In this document: in pieces, positions 48,677 through 58,621 of the stretch
Layout: each line of letters begins with the position of its first letter
Numbering within the stretch: position 1 is the stretch's first letter
Assembly (NCBI GenBank): GCA_037481835.1
Contig: JBBFKW010000017.1
Span: 32,001-96,000 of the forward strand
Length of the DNA: 64,000 nucleotides
Source: Desulfosoma sp.
GTDB taxonomy: Bacteria; Desulfobacterota; Syntrophobacteria; Syntrophobacterales; DSM-9756
Direction of reading: 5' to 3'
Translations under genes and position numbers: made by a program
The notes under the pieces: model-generated
Told to the model about the DNA's origin: nothing
Database searches by the model: none
Seen by the model: the letters and a program-made list of their open reading frames with translations, nothing else

Positions 48677-50341
48677 TCATCCTCCGTAGTGGCCCGCGTA
48701 TTGCTCCCGGGCGATGCGTTTGGCGAATTTCCCGACGCTCGTCTTGGGAATGGCCTCCACGAAGAGGATGTCGTCCGGAAGCTGCCATTTTGCAAAATGC
48801 GGCCGGATGAAATCCAGGACGGCCTGCTTGGTGAGGGTCCCTTTGGCGGCCTCTTTGGGCACCACCAGGGCCAAGGGGCGCTCTTCCCACTTGGGATGAG
48901 GAATACCGATCACCGCCGCCTCCAAGACATCCGGATGGGCCATGATGGCGTTTTCCAAATCGATGGAGGAGATCCATTCGCCGCCGCTCTTGATGAGATC
49001 CTTGAAGCGGTCGGTGATTTTGAGGTATCCGTTGGGATCGATGGTTCCCGCATCCCCGCTTCGCCAGTAACCGTCTTCGGTGAAAGACTCGGCGCTTCGC
49101 GGATCGTTGTAATACGTGCGCGTGATCCAGGGCCCCCGGATGAGGACCTCCCCCACACTCTTGCCGTCCCGGGGCAGCTCCCTGCCGTCGGCCCCGGCTA
49201 TGGTCACATCCAACCCGACCACGGACAGGCCCTGCTTCTTTCGCAATTCCCATCGGTCGGCTTCGGGAAGGCCCCGCAGAGACGGCTTCAGGTGGTTGAC
49301 GGTGACGAGGGGAGCCGTCTCGGTCGCCCCGTAGGCATGGATGACCTGGGCGCCGCCCAGTTCGTAATAGCCTTTCATGAGCGCCAGGGGCGGTTCCGTG
49401 GCGCCGCTGATCATGCGCAACCCCGTCAGATCCGGCTTGGCGGGCAGACTCTTGATGTAGTGGAGCATGGGCAAGAAGATGGCCGGGGCGCCGCACGTGA
49501 CGGTCACCTTTTGGTCCACGAGGAGGTTCACGAGCGGCGACGGGTCTTCCATGGTGTAGCGGCCGGGAAAGACGAGCTTGGCCCCCAGCATGGGCCCGCA
49601 AAAGAACATGCCCCACCCTTGGGCGTGGAACATGGGGACGATCTGCATGATCACATCGCCCTGGGTCATGTGGAGGGCTTGGGCGATGGCCAAGGTGTGG
49701 AGGTACATGGCCCGGTGGGAATTGTAGACGCCCTTGGGCTTTCCCGTGGTCCCCGACGTGTAGCACGCCGTGCACGCGGACGTTTCGTCAATCCAGGGGA
49801 AATCGAAGGCGTCATCGCTTTCGGCAATGAGGGCTTCATAGTCGTAAGCGGCGGGAAAGGCGCTTTCGCCGACACCCTTTCCCATGTCGTCCAGGACGAT
49901 GAGCCCCTGCACCGCAGGGCATTCCCCCGCCAGGGGTTCCATGAGCGGTCGAAGCGAGGCGGCGACGGCCACAAAGCGGGCTTCACTGTGGTTGACCACG
50001 TAGGCGCGCTCGGCAGGCGAAATGCGGGGGTTCAGCTCCAAGAGCACGGCCCCGATGCCGGAGACGGCAAAGTACAGTTCCATGAACCGATGGGTGTTCC
50101 AATCCAAGGCGCCAACCCGATCGCCGGGGGTGACTCCGAGCTTCACGAGGGCTTTGGCCAGTCGACGCACGCGCTGGTAAACCTCGCCATAGCTGGTTCT
50201 GTGCAGGCTGCCGTCCAGGTTCCGGGAGACCACCTCCGTTTCCGGATAATTGCGGGCGGCGTGCTTCAGGAAGCTGATCATATTCAAAGGATAGGCATCG
50301 TTGGACGTCGCGGGAAAACCTTTGATCATCGCTGTGGACAT
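48677..50341 (-). CDS. long/medium-chain fatty acid--CoA ligase
   Basis: YTSGTTGKPKG, PMFHAQGWG, YGATET, DRFKDLIKSGGEWISS, PKTSVGK. Confidence 0.93.
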   Translation of the reverse strand: MSTAMIKGFPATSNDAYPLNMISFLKHAARNYPETEVVSRNLDGSLHRTSYGEVYQRVRRLAKALVKLGVTPGDRVGALDWNTHRFMELYFAVSGIGAVLLELNPRISPAERAYVVNHSEARFVAVAASLRPLMEPLAGECPAVQGLIVLDDMGKGVGESAFPAAYDYEALIAESDDAFDFPWIDETSACTACYTSGTTGKPKGVYNSHRAMYLHTLAIAQALHMTQGDVIMQIVPMFHAQGWGMFFCGPMLGAKLVFPGRYTMEDPSPLVNLLVDQKVTVTCGAPAIFLPMLHYIKSLPAKPDLTGLRMISGATEPPLALMKGYYELGGAQVIHAYGATETAPLVTVNHLKPSLRGLPEADRWELRKKQGLSVVGLDVTIAGADGRELPRDGKSVGEVLIRGPWITRTYYNDPRSAESFTEDGYWRSGDAGTIDPNGYLKITDRFKDLIKSGGEWISSIDLENAIMAHPDVLEAAVIGIPHPKWEERPLALVVPKEAAKGTLTKQAVLDFIRPHFAKWQLPDDILFVEAIPKTSVGKFAKRIAREQYAGHYGG

Positions 50342-50429
50342 GGCCATCCTCCACGTGTTTAGAAAAGAATTGTTGCCACTGCCTGTGCGGCGGAGCTCAC
50401 ACAAGCCCTTCCCGTTGGTTCTCTCCTGA

Positions 50430-50660
50430 TCATGAAGGAATCACAATGTTTCGAATATCTTTCTTCAGTCTCTTTCCCGCGGCGCTCTTGGGAATTTCAT
50501 TTCGAAAGAAGACTTTCTTGGGGCATTTGTATCCCGCCAGGTTCTTATGGCGATGGTTAAGGAGGTCCTCTTCGGTAACAACCGCCCCAGGGTTGGGCAC
50601 TACCACGGCCGTCACCTTTTCGCCCCAGCGTTCATCGGGAAGGCCCACCACAACCGCTTT
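50430..50660 (-). pseudogene. orphan C-terminal fragment of an acyl-CoA synthetase
   Basis: AVVVGLPDERWGEKVTAVVV...LAGYKCPK...IPKSAAGKRLKK (AMP-binding C domain) with no upstream catalytic domain. Confidence 0.85.
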
Positions 50661-50797
50661 AAAAACCCCCGAAGGGCTGGGGTGGATGGTTCGAGGCGCG
50701 GCTCGCAAGGGGCCCGCCGCTGAGGCCCTGGGAGGGGCATGGGGTGCGCGGGAGCAGACGGAACGGGACAGGCAGCGGAGCGCCGGGCTCTTTGAGC
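50657..50797. mobile_element. possible degenerate MITE-like element
   Basis: imperfect terminal inverted repeats gctttaaaaaccc / gggctctttgagc; abuts the truncation point of the ligase fragment. Confidence 0.35.
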
Positions 50798-50805
50798 CCG
50801 CCTCC

Positions 50806-50855
50806 CCAACTGGGCGCTCGTTCAGTTCAATGCCTCAAAACAAAGAGCCCGTCAA
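50806..50855 (-). promoter_or_regulatory. operator copy and -35 (TTGACG) for the leftward CoA-ligase operon
   Basis: CCAACTGGGCGCTCGTTCAG shares an exact 15-mer GCGCTCGTTCAGTTC with 31436-31450, at nearly the same distance from a TTGAC. Confidence 0.55.
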
Positions 50856-50883
50856 GAAGAAAGGATTTCGCCGCAAACCGCCC

Positions 50884-50921
50884 TTGACAGGGGATTAACC
50901 TTACCGTTAACGTTAGGGTTA
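50884..50921 (+). promoter_or_regulatory. promoter with LiuR-like palindrome
   Basis: TTGACA-18bp-TAACGT; TAACCTTACCGTTAACGTTAGGGTTA imperfect palindrome 50896-50921. Confidence 0.65.
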
Positions 50922-50936
50922 CAAGGAGGGACCGCC

Positions 50937-51353
50937 ATGGCGACCCGCACCACTAAGCCCAAACACACCTTTACCATTTCCGAATTGGCCGCCCAACTGG
51001 ACATCAGCCCCAGGACCATTCGATTCTACGAAGAAAAGGGCCTGATCAGCCCCCGCCGCACGCCGGGCAACCAGCGCGTCTACACCCCCAAGGACCGTGC
51101 CAGGCTGAAGCTCATCCTGCGCGGCAAGAGATTCGGCTTCTCCTTGGACGAAATCGCCGAAATGATCGGCATGCCCGACTCCGACATGGCAGAGGTGGAA
51201 CAGATCCGCAAAAGCCTCGATTACGGCCGCAAGAAATTGGAAGAAATCCGCGACCGCATGAAGGACCTCATCATCTTGGAACAGGACCTTTTGGCCGTGC
51301 AGAAGAAGCTCCTCAAGCGCCTGGAAGAACTCACCAAGGAGGACGGCTCATGA
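50937..51353 (+). CDS. MerR family regulator (LiuR-like)
   Basis: FTISELA..SPRTIRFYEEKGL...RARLKLILRGKRFGFSLDEI. Confidence 0.92.
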   Translation: MATRTTKPKHTFTISELAAQLDISPRTIRFYEEKGLISPRRTPGNQRVYTPKDRARLKLILRGKRFGFSLDEIAEMIGMPDSDMAEVEQIRKSLDYGRKKLEEIRDRMKDLIILEQDLLAVQKKLLKRLEELTKEDGS

Positions 51354-52870
51354 ACCTCGTGGAAATGCTGGATCGCAACGCCCGAAAATTTTCAACGAAG
51401 GAGGCGGTGCGGGCCCAAGGGCAAGGCGTCAGCTTTTCTCAGCTTAAAGAATCGGCTGAAAGGGCGGCCGCCGTCTTTCAGTCTCAGGGCATCGGCCCAG
51501 GGGCCGTGGTGGCCATCATGAGCCAAAACACGCCCGATTTCATCCAGGCCTTTTTCGGTGCCCAGAAGGCCGGAGCGGCCGTCGTTCCCGTCAATCACAA
51601 GCTGGCGGCCCCCGAAGTGCGCTACATCCTGGAGCACAGCAAGGCCCAAATGTTCCTCTTCGACGGCTCCCTCCTTCCCGTCGCCGACGCCTTGGCTTTG
51701 TCCATCCCGGCCCTCTCCCTCGACACGGCCGTTCCCGGAAAGCCCTTTTTCGCCGATCTGCTCACGAAGGCTCCTCCCTTCAAGCCGGTTTCCGTTCAAG
51801 ACGACGCCACGGCGGAAATCCTCTATACCAGCGGCACCACCGGAAAACCCAAAGGATGCGTCCTCACCCACCGAAGTGTCCTCATGGCCGCCATCACTGG
51901 AGCCCTGGCCTTGAAGATGGACGAAAACGACCGACTCCTCATGGCCATGCCCATCTGGCATTCTTCGCCGCTCAACAATTGGTTTCTCGGGGCTTTCTAC
52001 GTCGGGGCCACAACGGTGCTCCTTCGCGAATACCACCCGTTCCATTTCCTCCAGACCGTCCAGGATGAACGATGCACCGTCTATTTCGGGGCTCCCGTCT
52101 CCTACCTTCTGCCCCTGCAAATGATCCCCAACTTCGACGATTTCGACCTCGCTTCCATGCGCGCCTGGATCTACGGGGGCGGTCCCATTGCGCCGGAAAC
52201 GGTCAGGGTGCTCCAAAAGCGCTACAAGAGTGATCGCTTTTTCCAGGTTTACGGCATGACGGAAGCGGGGCCGACAGGCACCATGCTGCCCCCCGAGGCC
52301 CACGCTCACAAAGCGGGGTCCATAGGCAACAAGAGCTTGCCCGGAACGGACCTCGTCGTCATGAAATCCCTCACCGATCCTGCCGGCCCCGGCGAAACAG
52401 GAGAAATCTGGCTGAAAGCCGATTCCATGATGCTCGGTTATCTCAACGACCCCGAGGCGACCGAGAAAGCCTTTCATGACGGCTGGTACCGGACCGGAGA
52501 CATGGCCCGAATTGACGCGGACGGCTACCTGTTCATCGTCGACCGGCTCAAGGACATGATCATCACCGGCGGTGAAAACGTCTATTCCAAGGAAGTGGAA
52601 GACGCCCTGGCGGAACATCCCCACGTGGCCCAGGCGGCGGTGATCGGAACGCCGCACCCGGACTGGGGGGAGACGGTGACGGCGGTCATCGTCCCCGCAC
52701 CGGGATCTCAGCCCACTTCGGAAGAACTCACGGCATTTCTCCAGTCTCGGCTGGCCAAATACAAGATCCCCAGAATCTATCACTTCGTCAGTGCCCTGCC
52801 CCATACGCCCACGGGAAAGGTGATGAAGTATCGGTTGCGGGAAATGTTCGAAAAATCGGAGGAGCCCTGA
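51350..52870 (+). CDS. acyl-CoA synthetase
   Basis: YTSGTTGKPKG, YGMTE, YRTGD, DRLKDMIITGGENV. Confidence 0.93.
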   Translation: MNLVEMLDRNARKFSTKEAVRAQGQGVSFSQLKESAERAAAVFQSQGIGPGAVVAIMSQNTPDFIQAFFGAQKAGAAVVPVNHKLAAPEVRYILEHSKAQMFLFDGSLLPVADALALSIPALSLDTAVPGKPFFADLLTKAPPFKPVSVQDDATAEILYTSGTTGKPKGCVLTHRSVLMAAITGALALKMDENDRLLMAMPIWHSSPLNNWFLGAFYVGATTVLLREYHPFHFLQTVQDERCTVYFGAPVSYLLPLQMIPNFDDFDLASMRAWIYGGGPIAPETVRVLQKRYKSDRFFQVYGMTEAGPTGTMLPPEAHAHKAGSIGNKSLPGTDLVVMKSLTDPAGPGETGEIWLKADSMMLGYLNDPEATEKAFHDGWYRTGDMARIDADGYLFIVDRLKDMIITGGENVYSKEVEDALAEHPHVAQAAVIGTPHPDWGETVTAVIVPAPGSQPTSEELTAFLQSRLAKYKIPRIYHFVSALPHTPTGKVMKYRLREMFEKSEEP

Positions 52871-54114
52871 TGTTCGACTGCCTGATGGACGAAAAGACCC
52901 GGCGGTGGCGGGATGAAGTCCGCGAATTCGTCAAGTCCATCCCCCGCCAGATGATCCTGGACATGGATGCGGACAAGATCCGATTTCCCAAGGAATTCTT
53001 GCAGGAAGCAGGCCGGAGAAACCTTCTGGGCTGCCGGTATCCCAAGCGGTGGGGCGGCCGGGATATGGACTGGGTGAGCACCTGTGTGGCCATGGAAGAG
53101 GTGGGGACGCTGGGCTACATCTTTGCATGCACCTTCGGCGTCGGCGCGGAACTGGTCTGCGACGCCGTTGTCCTCCATGGCACGGACGCCCAAAAGGAAC
53201 GCTACGTCACCCCGCTGCTCAAAGGAGAAATCTTCGCCGCGGAATGCCTCACGGAACCGCGAGGCGGGTCGGACTTTTTCGGCACGACGACCACGGCCGT
53301 GGACAAGGGCGATCACTTCGTCCTCAACGGCCAAAAGCGCTTCATCGTCGGCGGCGAAGGCGCCGACTATTTCCTCGTCTACGCCCGAACGGATCCCACG
53401 GCCAAGCCCCATGAAGGCATCACCTGCTTCATCGTGGACCGCGGCCCCGGCGTGGAAACCGCTTACCTCTACGGGCTCATGGGCTGCCGCGGCGGCGGAA
53501 CCAGCCGATTGGTCTTCCGGGACGTGAAAGTCCCCAAGGAAAACGTCTTGGGACGGGTGAACGGCGGCTTTGAGGTCTTTAAGACCATGATGATCCCTGA
53601 GCGGCTCGGCACGGCCGCCATGACCATCGGGGCCGCTCGACCGGCCCTTGAAGTGGCCACGGGCTATTCCACGCGCCGCAAGGCCTTCGGCCGGCCCATC
53701 CACGAATTTCAAGGGGTGAGCTTCCAGGTGGCGGAGGCGGCCATGCTCCTGGACGTCTCCCGCGCCATGGTCCACGCCACGGCCCAGGCCGTGGATCGAA
53801 AGGCTCCGGCGGCCACGGTCCGGCGCCTGATTTCGGAGACGAAAAAATTCGTCACCGAATCGTGCCAGAAAGTGGTGCACAACGCCATGCAGGTCATGGG
53901 CGGCATCGGCTACACCACGGTTTTTCCCGTGGAGCGCATCTACCGGGATCTGCGCCTGGCTTCCATCTGGACCGGGACGAACGAAATCATGGCCGGGATC
54001 ATCGCCCACGAATGGTACAAAGAATACTGGGCCATGAAGGAGGCTCGGCTCACCCGGGACGCGGAACAGGATGCTGCGGGCGCCGACGACGTGGAAGAAA
54101 AGGTGTACGAATAA
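52870..54114 (+). CDS. acyl-CoA dehydrogenase
   Basis: LTEPRGGSD, NGQKRFI, RKAFGRP, QVMGGIGY, WTGTNE. Confidence 0.94.
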   Translation: MFDCLMDEKTRRWRDEVREFVKSIPRQMILDMDADKIRFPKEFLQEAGRRNLLGCRYPKRWGGRDMDWVSTCVAMEEVGTLGYIFACTFGVGAELVCDAVVLHGTDAQKERYVTPLLKGEIFAAECLTEPRGGSDFFGTTTTAVDKGDHFVLNGQKRFIVGGEGADYFLVYARTDPTAKPHEGITCFIVDRGPGVETAYLYGLMGCRGGGTSRLVFRDVKVPKENVLGRVNGGFEVFKTMMIPERLGTAAMTIGAARPALEVATGYSTRRKAFGRPIHEFQGVSFQVAEAAMLLDVSRAMVHATAQAVDRKAPAATVRRLISETKKFVTESCQKVVHNAMQVMGGIGYTTVFPVERIYRDLRLASIWTGTNEIMAGIIAHEWYKEYWAMKEARLTRDAEQDAAGADDVEEKVYE

Positions 54115-54118
54115 GCCC

Positions 54119-54949
54119 CTATCCCATGCGGGCCCAGTACCGGCCGGCGTCGCACGCGACCCGCATGGGCACGCCGAAAGCCGCTTCAAGGTTGGCGGCG
54201 GTCAGCACGTCCCGTTTCGGCCCGCAGGCGGCGCACCGGCCGTCTTTGAGCAGCAGCACGTGGGAAAAGACGGGCATGATTTCTTCCAGGTGGTGAGTCA
54301 CCAAGACCAAGGTCGGCCCGGAGGGCTTTCGGCCCATGCGGTCGAGAGTCTCCAGGAGCCGCTCCCGGGCCACCAGATCCAACCCCGAGCAGGGTTCGTC
54401 CAGGATGAGGAGCTGCGGGTCGGCCATGAGCGCCCGGGCGATGAGGACCCTTTGTTTTTCCCCCTGGGACAGCACGCCGTAAGGGCTTGTAAGAACCGAA
54501 GCGCAGCCCATGACGTGGGCGAGATGTTCCGCCTTTTGGTAGTCTTCCGGCGAGGCCTTTTCGAACACGCCGATGGAGGCGAACTTGCCGCCCACGATGA
54601 GCTCCAGGGGCTTTTGCCGGGGCGGCACCTGTTCCTGCAGGAAAGACCCCACCCAGCCGATGCGCCGACGCACCTCGCGAAGATCCACGGCGCCGAAACG
54701 GCACCCCAAAACGGTCACGGAACCCCGCGTCGGCCACAGATAACCGGCCAAAAGCAAGAGAAGCGTGGTCTTTCCCGATCCGTTGGCCCCGAGGACGACC
54801 CAGTGTTGCCCGGGGTCCAACCGCCAGGTGATGTCGGTGAGGATTTCCTTTTTGGACCGAACGAAATGGACCCCTTCCAGGACGATCCATCCCGAGCCGT
54901 CGCCGTCCCCGCCGGGCCGTGCCTCATTCTCGGTTTTTTGATCCCTCAT
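54119..54949 (-). CDS. ABC transporter ATP-binding protein (ModF/YlmA-like)
   Basis: GANGSGKT, LSQGEKQR, LILDEP, VTHHLEE. Confidence 0.9.
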   Translation of the reverse strand: MRDQKTENEARPGGDGDGSGWIVLEGVHFVRSKKEILTDITWRLDPGQHWVVLGANGSGKTTLLLLLAGYLWPTRGSVTVLGCRFGAVDLREVRRRIGWVGSFLQEQVPPRQKPLELIVGGKFASIGVFEKASPEDYQKAEHLAHVMGCASVLTSPYGVLSQGEKQRVLIARALMADPQLLILDEPCSGLDLVARERLLETLDRMGRKPSGPTLVLVTHHLEEIMPVFSHVLLLKDGRCAACGPKRDVLTAANLEAAFGVPMRVACDAGRYWARMG

Positions 54950-54959
54950 GGTCTGCGGC

Positions 54960-55964
54960 CTATTCCTTCCATCGCACGACGACCTTGCCGAAATGTTTTC
55001 CTTCGCGGAGGTAGACATGGGCCGCTTCCACGTCGGAGACCGCAAAAATCTTGTCCACAACGGGCCGGATTAATCCTTTTTCCAGGAGAGGCAGCAGTTC
55101 CGCTCGGCACCGGGCGATAATCGCCGCCTTTTCCGCATCGGAGCGACTGCGCAGAACCGAGCCGATGAGGCGGATTCTTTGGGTGAGCAGGGGCGCCAGC
55201 GAAAACGAGGCCTGGTGTCCTCCCATGAGCCCGATGAGCACGAGGCGGCCTCGGGGGGCGAGAATTTTGAGATGCTTTTCCACGTAAGGAGCCCCCACGA
55301 AATCCAGGATCACGTCCACGCCGCGGCCTCCCGTCCAGGACAAGACCGCTTCGGAAAAATCTTCGCGCGTGCGGTTGACGGCCAGGTCGGCTCCCAGACT
55401 GCGGCACCTTTGCGCCTTTTCATCGGTTCCGCACGTGGTCGCCACGGCCAACCCGCGGGCCTTGGCCAGCTGGATCGCCGCCGTCCCGACGCCGCTTGAC
55501 CCGCCGTGGACCAGCAGCGTCTCGCCGGCCTGGGCGCCCGCTTCCCCAAAAATGTTGGCATGGGCCACGACGAAGACCTCGGCGGCCGCCGCCGCTTCCA
55601 CGAAAGATAAATTTTCGGGAACAGGCATCAAATGGTCGGCCCGCACGACCGCGTAACGCGCATAGCCGCCTCCGGCCGTAATTCCGAAGACGCGGTCCCC
55701 TTCGTGCCAAGGCACGTCTTCCGACCCCCTGCGGATGACATATCCCGCCAGATCCAGCCCCAAGATGGGGGAAGCCCCAAGCGGCGGCGGGTACAAGCCG
55801 CGCCGCTGCAACAGATCGGCCCGGTTGACGGAGAAGGCTTCTATTTGCACGAGGACTTCTCCCGGTCGAGGTTCGGGAATGGGGACCTGGTCCAGTTCCA
55901 GCGCGTTCCAGCCACCCGGATCGTCCGTCTTTCGCACCAAAACGGCGGGCATGGTCCGTTCCAT
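54960..55964 (-). CDS. NAD(P)H-quinone oxidoreductase (PIG3 family)
   Basis: VNRADLLQRRGLYPPP, HGGSSGVG, GSVLRSR, HFGKVV. Confidence 0.92.
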   Translation of the reverse strand: MERTMPAVLVRKTDDPGGWNALELDQVPIPEPRPGEVLVQIEAFSVNRADLLQRRGLYPPPLGASPILGLDLAGYVIRRGSEDVPWHEGDRVFGITAGGGYARYAVVRADHLMPVPENLSFVEAAAAAEVFVVAHANIFGEAGAQAGETLLVHGGSSGVGTAAIQLAKARGLAVATTCGTDEKAQRCRSLGADLAVNRTREDFSEAVLSWTGGRGVDVILDFVGAPYVEKHLKILAPRGRLVLIGLMGGHQASFSLAPLLTQRIRLIGSVLRSRSDAEKAAIIARCRAELLPLLEKGLIRPVVDKIFAVSDVEAAHVYLREGKHFGKVVVRWKE

Positions 55965-56644
55965 CAGTCCATCTCCCCTCTTTCCGCAAAGGAATAATAG
56001 CGTTTTCCCGCCAGGATGATGTGGTCGTGCACGGTGATGTCCATGTCCTGCAGGAGGCGCTTGAGTTTCTTGGTCAACTGGCGGTCGGCGGCGGACGGCT
56101 CCGGGTCGCCGCTGGGATGGTTGTGTGCCAGAATCACCGCCGTCGCCCGATGGCGCAGGGCCGCTTCCACCACAAGGCGTGGGAAGACGGCCGTGCGGTT
56201 CACGGTGCCTTCCTGAATGCGTTCCATGGCGATGAGGCCGTTTTGGCTGTTCAGAGCCAAGAGGCAAAACACCTCGATCCGTTCCGCCTCAAAATGCCCC
56301 ATGAGGTAGTGAACGGCTTCCTGGGTGGACCCCAGCGTCTTGACGGAACGCCATCGATCCTTGTGGTAGCGTTCCAGGAGGCGCGGCACCAGGCTGAGCA
56401 GGACGGCCGCCTGGGCGCCGATACCGGGAACGGCGGTGAGTTCTTCCGGTTTGGCGTCCAAGACGGCCGAAAGGGATTGGAAATGGTCCAAGAGAGCCTT
56501 GGCGGCGGGTTTCACATCGCGCCGTGGGATGGCGAAGGTCAGGAGGAGCTCCAGCACTTCGTGGTCGTGGAAGGCATCCAACCCTCCGGCCATGAAGCGT
56601 TCCCGGAGCCGCCGGCGATGCCCTTCAGGTCCCAAAGCGGTCAT
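55964..56644 (-). CDS. radC: RadC family JAB-domain protein
   Basis: GHRRRLRERF, LELLL, AHNHPSGDPEPSAAD, HDHII. Confidence 0.95.
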   Translation of the reverse strand: MTALGPEGHRRRLRERFMAGGLDAFHDHEVLELLLTFAIPRRDVKPAAKALLDHFQSLSAVLDAKPEELTAVPGIGAQAAVLLSLVPRLLERYHKDRWRSVKTLGSTQEAVHYLMGHFEAERIEVFCLLALNSQNGLIAMERIQEGTVNRTAVFPRLVVEAALRHRATAVILAHNHPSGDPEPSAADRQLTKKLKRLLQDMDITVHDHIILAGKRYYSFAERGEMD

Positions 56645-57278
56645 TTTTTTCCAGCTCCGCCACCTTCTGTCTCAAGGAATCCAAAAAGTCGGCGACCGAC
56701 CGATTCACGAGAATGCTGTCAAACTGCGACCGATAGTTGCTCACGTAACTCACGCCTTCGATGACCACGTCATAGACCATCCATCGGTCGCCGTTGAGGA
56801 TCATGCGGTATTCCACGGGAATATCCTGATCCTGGTAGCGCACCCGCGTCTTGACCAAGGCAAAGCGGCCTTCCACGCGTTCTTCATCGTAACGGATCAC
56901 GTCCCCCTGACCGCAGGTGTACGTATCCACTTTGCCGATATAGGTAAAATACAAAAGGTCCTTGAAGAGGCGGATAAATTCCGTGCGCTGTTCAGGACTC
57001 AAGCTTTTCCAGTGCCGGCCCAGCGTGCGCTTTCCCGCTTCCTCAAAATCCACATATTCCTCGGCGATGGCGCGGGCGGCTTGCCGCCGCGCCTTGATGT
57101 TTTCCGGGGTGCCGCCGGGGCACGTCTGCAACGTGTGGAGCGCCCGATCCGTCGCGCTCTTGATGACTTCCACGGGGCTTTTCTGAGCGGAAGCGGAGGC
57201 GACGCCGAGCCCCCCGAAGAACGCCACAAACGTGAATGCCGCCAAGACACCACGTTTTCCCCATCCCGTCCTTTTCAT
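56625..57278 (-). CDS. mlaC: MlaC/Ttg2D phospholipid-binding protein
   Basis: signal peptide, LGRHW, YDVVIEGVSYVSNYRSQF. Confidence 0.9.
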   Translation of the reverse strand: MKRTGWGKRGVLAAFTFVAFFGGLGVASASAQKSPVEVIKSATDRALHTLQTCPGGTPENIKARRQAARAIAEEYVDFEEAGKRTLGRHWKSLSPEQRTEFIRLFKDLLYFTYIGKVDTYTCGQGDVIRYDEERVEGRFALVKTRVRYQDQDIPVEYRMILNGDRWMVYDVVIEGVSYVSNYRSQFDSILVNRSVADFLDSLRQKVAELEKNDRFGT

Positions 57279-57361
57279 CAACACACCTCCTTGTCGTTCG
57301 CCGTGGGAACTGTCCATTGTTAATGCACCTTTCAATCCCTTGTAAAGCCTTGCGTCGGCCT

Positions 57362-58528
57362 TCAGCGCACTTCAAGAATTGCGCACTTGAGGTAACGCGT
57401 CTCGGGCATGGCCAGAAGCGGCGGATGATCCAAGGCCTGGCCGCGCGCTTCCAGGAGTCGAAGGGAACGCCCGGCCGCCTGGGCGGCTCGGAGCAGCATC
57501 TCGTAGAAGGCTTCCTCCTTCAGGTGGTAGGAGCACGAGCACGTCACAAGAATGCCGCCTCGACGCACGGCCAGCATGGCTCGACGGTTGAGGTCCGTGT
57601 AGCCCTTGAGGGCGTTCGGAAGAGCGCTCTTGGTTTTGGCGAAAGCCGGCGGATCCATGATGATCACATCGTAACTTTCGCGCGTGCTCCTCTTGAGAAA
57701 ATCCAGAACCTCCCCGGCCTGAAAACGACATCGATCGCTCAAGCCGTTTTCCCGTGCATCCCTTTCGGCCCGCTCGACCGCCTCCCGGGACTGATCCACC
57801 CCGATGACCCTTGAGGCCCCCGATGCCGCCGCCACAAGGCTCCACAACCCCTGATAGCAGAAAAGATCCAGGACCTCCGCTCCCAAAACATATCGGCGCA
57901 CCGCTTCCCGATTATCCCGTTGGTCCAGGAAGAGGCCCGTCTTCTGTCCCTCCAGAGGATCCACGCGGACGCTGAGCCCGTGCAGGGACACATCCACCGG
58001 CCCGTCCACCGCTCCGAAAAGAACCCCTTTGGTCAAAGGCAGCCCTTCCAGGCTCCGCGCCGACGTATCATTTCGCGCAAGGACCGTTCGGGCACCCTGC
58101 CTTTGGACGAGCACCTCCGCGATCACCGGTTCCATGGCGGCCATACCGGCCGTAGTCGTTTGCATCACCCATGCCGAATCGTAGCGATCGATCACGAGCC
58201 CCGGCAGTCCGTCCGATTCGCCGTAGACCGCCCGGTAGACCCTCTCTCCGGGATAGACTCTTTCGCGAAACGCCACGGCCTGTCGCAGTTTTTCCTCAAA
58301 AAAGGACGGCGTCGGTTCGGTGCCCGGGGGCGCCGCGATCCGGCAGGTGATGAGTGAATGGGGGTTGACGTAACCCGTGCCCCAGCGAAGTCCCGAAGCG
58401 GATACCACCTGGACCCATTCCCCCGGAGAAAAGGCCTTGAGCGTGCTTTCCACCTCATTGCTGAACACCCAGCGATGCCCCTGGAGCAGCCGTCGCTCGC
58501 AGCTTCGTTTGACCACCAATTCCTGCAT
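57362..58528 (-). CDS. rlmI: RlmI-like class I SAM-dependent rRNA methyltransferase
   Basis: GHRWVFSNE, ESDGLPGL, GQKTGLFLDQRDNR, DPPAF, TCSCS, PETRYLK. Confidence 0.9.
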   Translation of the reverse strand: MQELVVKRSCERRLLQGHRWVFSNEVESTLKAFSPGEWVQVVSASGLRWGTGYVNPHSLITCRIAAPPGTEPTPSFFEEKLRQAVAFRERVYPGERVYRAVYGESDGLPGLVIDRYDSAWVMQTTTAGMAAMEPVIAEVLVQRQGARTVLARNDTSARSLEGLPLTKGVLFGAVDGPVDVSLHGLSVRVDPLEGQKTGLFLDQRDNREAVRRYVLGAEVLDLFCYQGLWSLVAAASGASRVIGVDQSREAVERAERDARENGLSDRCRFQAGEVLDFLKRSTRESYDVIIMDPPAFAKTKSALPNALKGYTDLNRRAMLAVRRGGILVTCSCSYHLKEEAFYEMLLRAAQAAGRSLRLLEARGQALDHPPLLAMPETRYLKCAILEVR

Positions 58529-58570
58529 GGATTTTCCTCCAAGAAAACCTCGAAGTCGGTCCTCAAAAAT

Positions 58571-58594
58571 AAAAAAAGCGCTCCCGAGGAGCGC
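58571..58594 (-). terminator. intrinsic terminator
   Basis: minus strand GCGCTCC-TCG-GGAGCGC followed by T7. Confidence 0.8.
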
Positions 58595-58621
58595 CCGCGA
58601 GATGACAGGCCTCGCCGAGGG

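Noticed and set aside
55964..56644. radC as a sign of a mobile element
   Set aside because: Full-length chromosomal type, embedded among core genes with overlapping junctions
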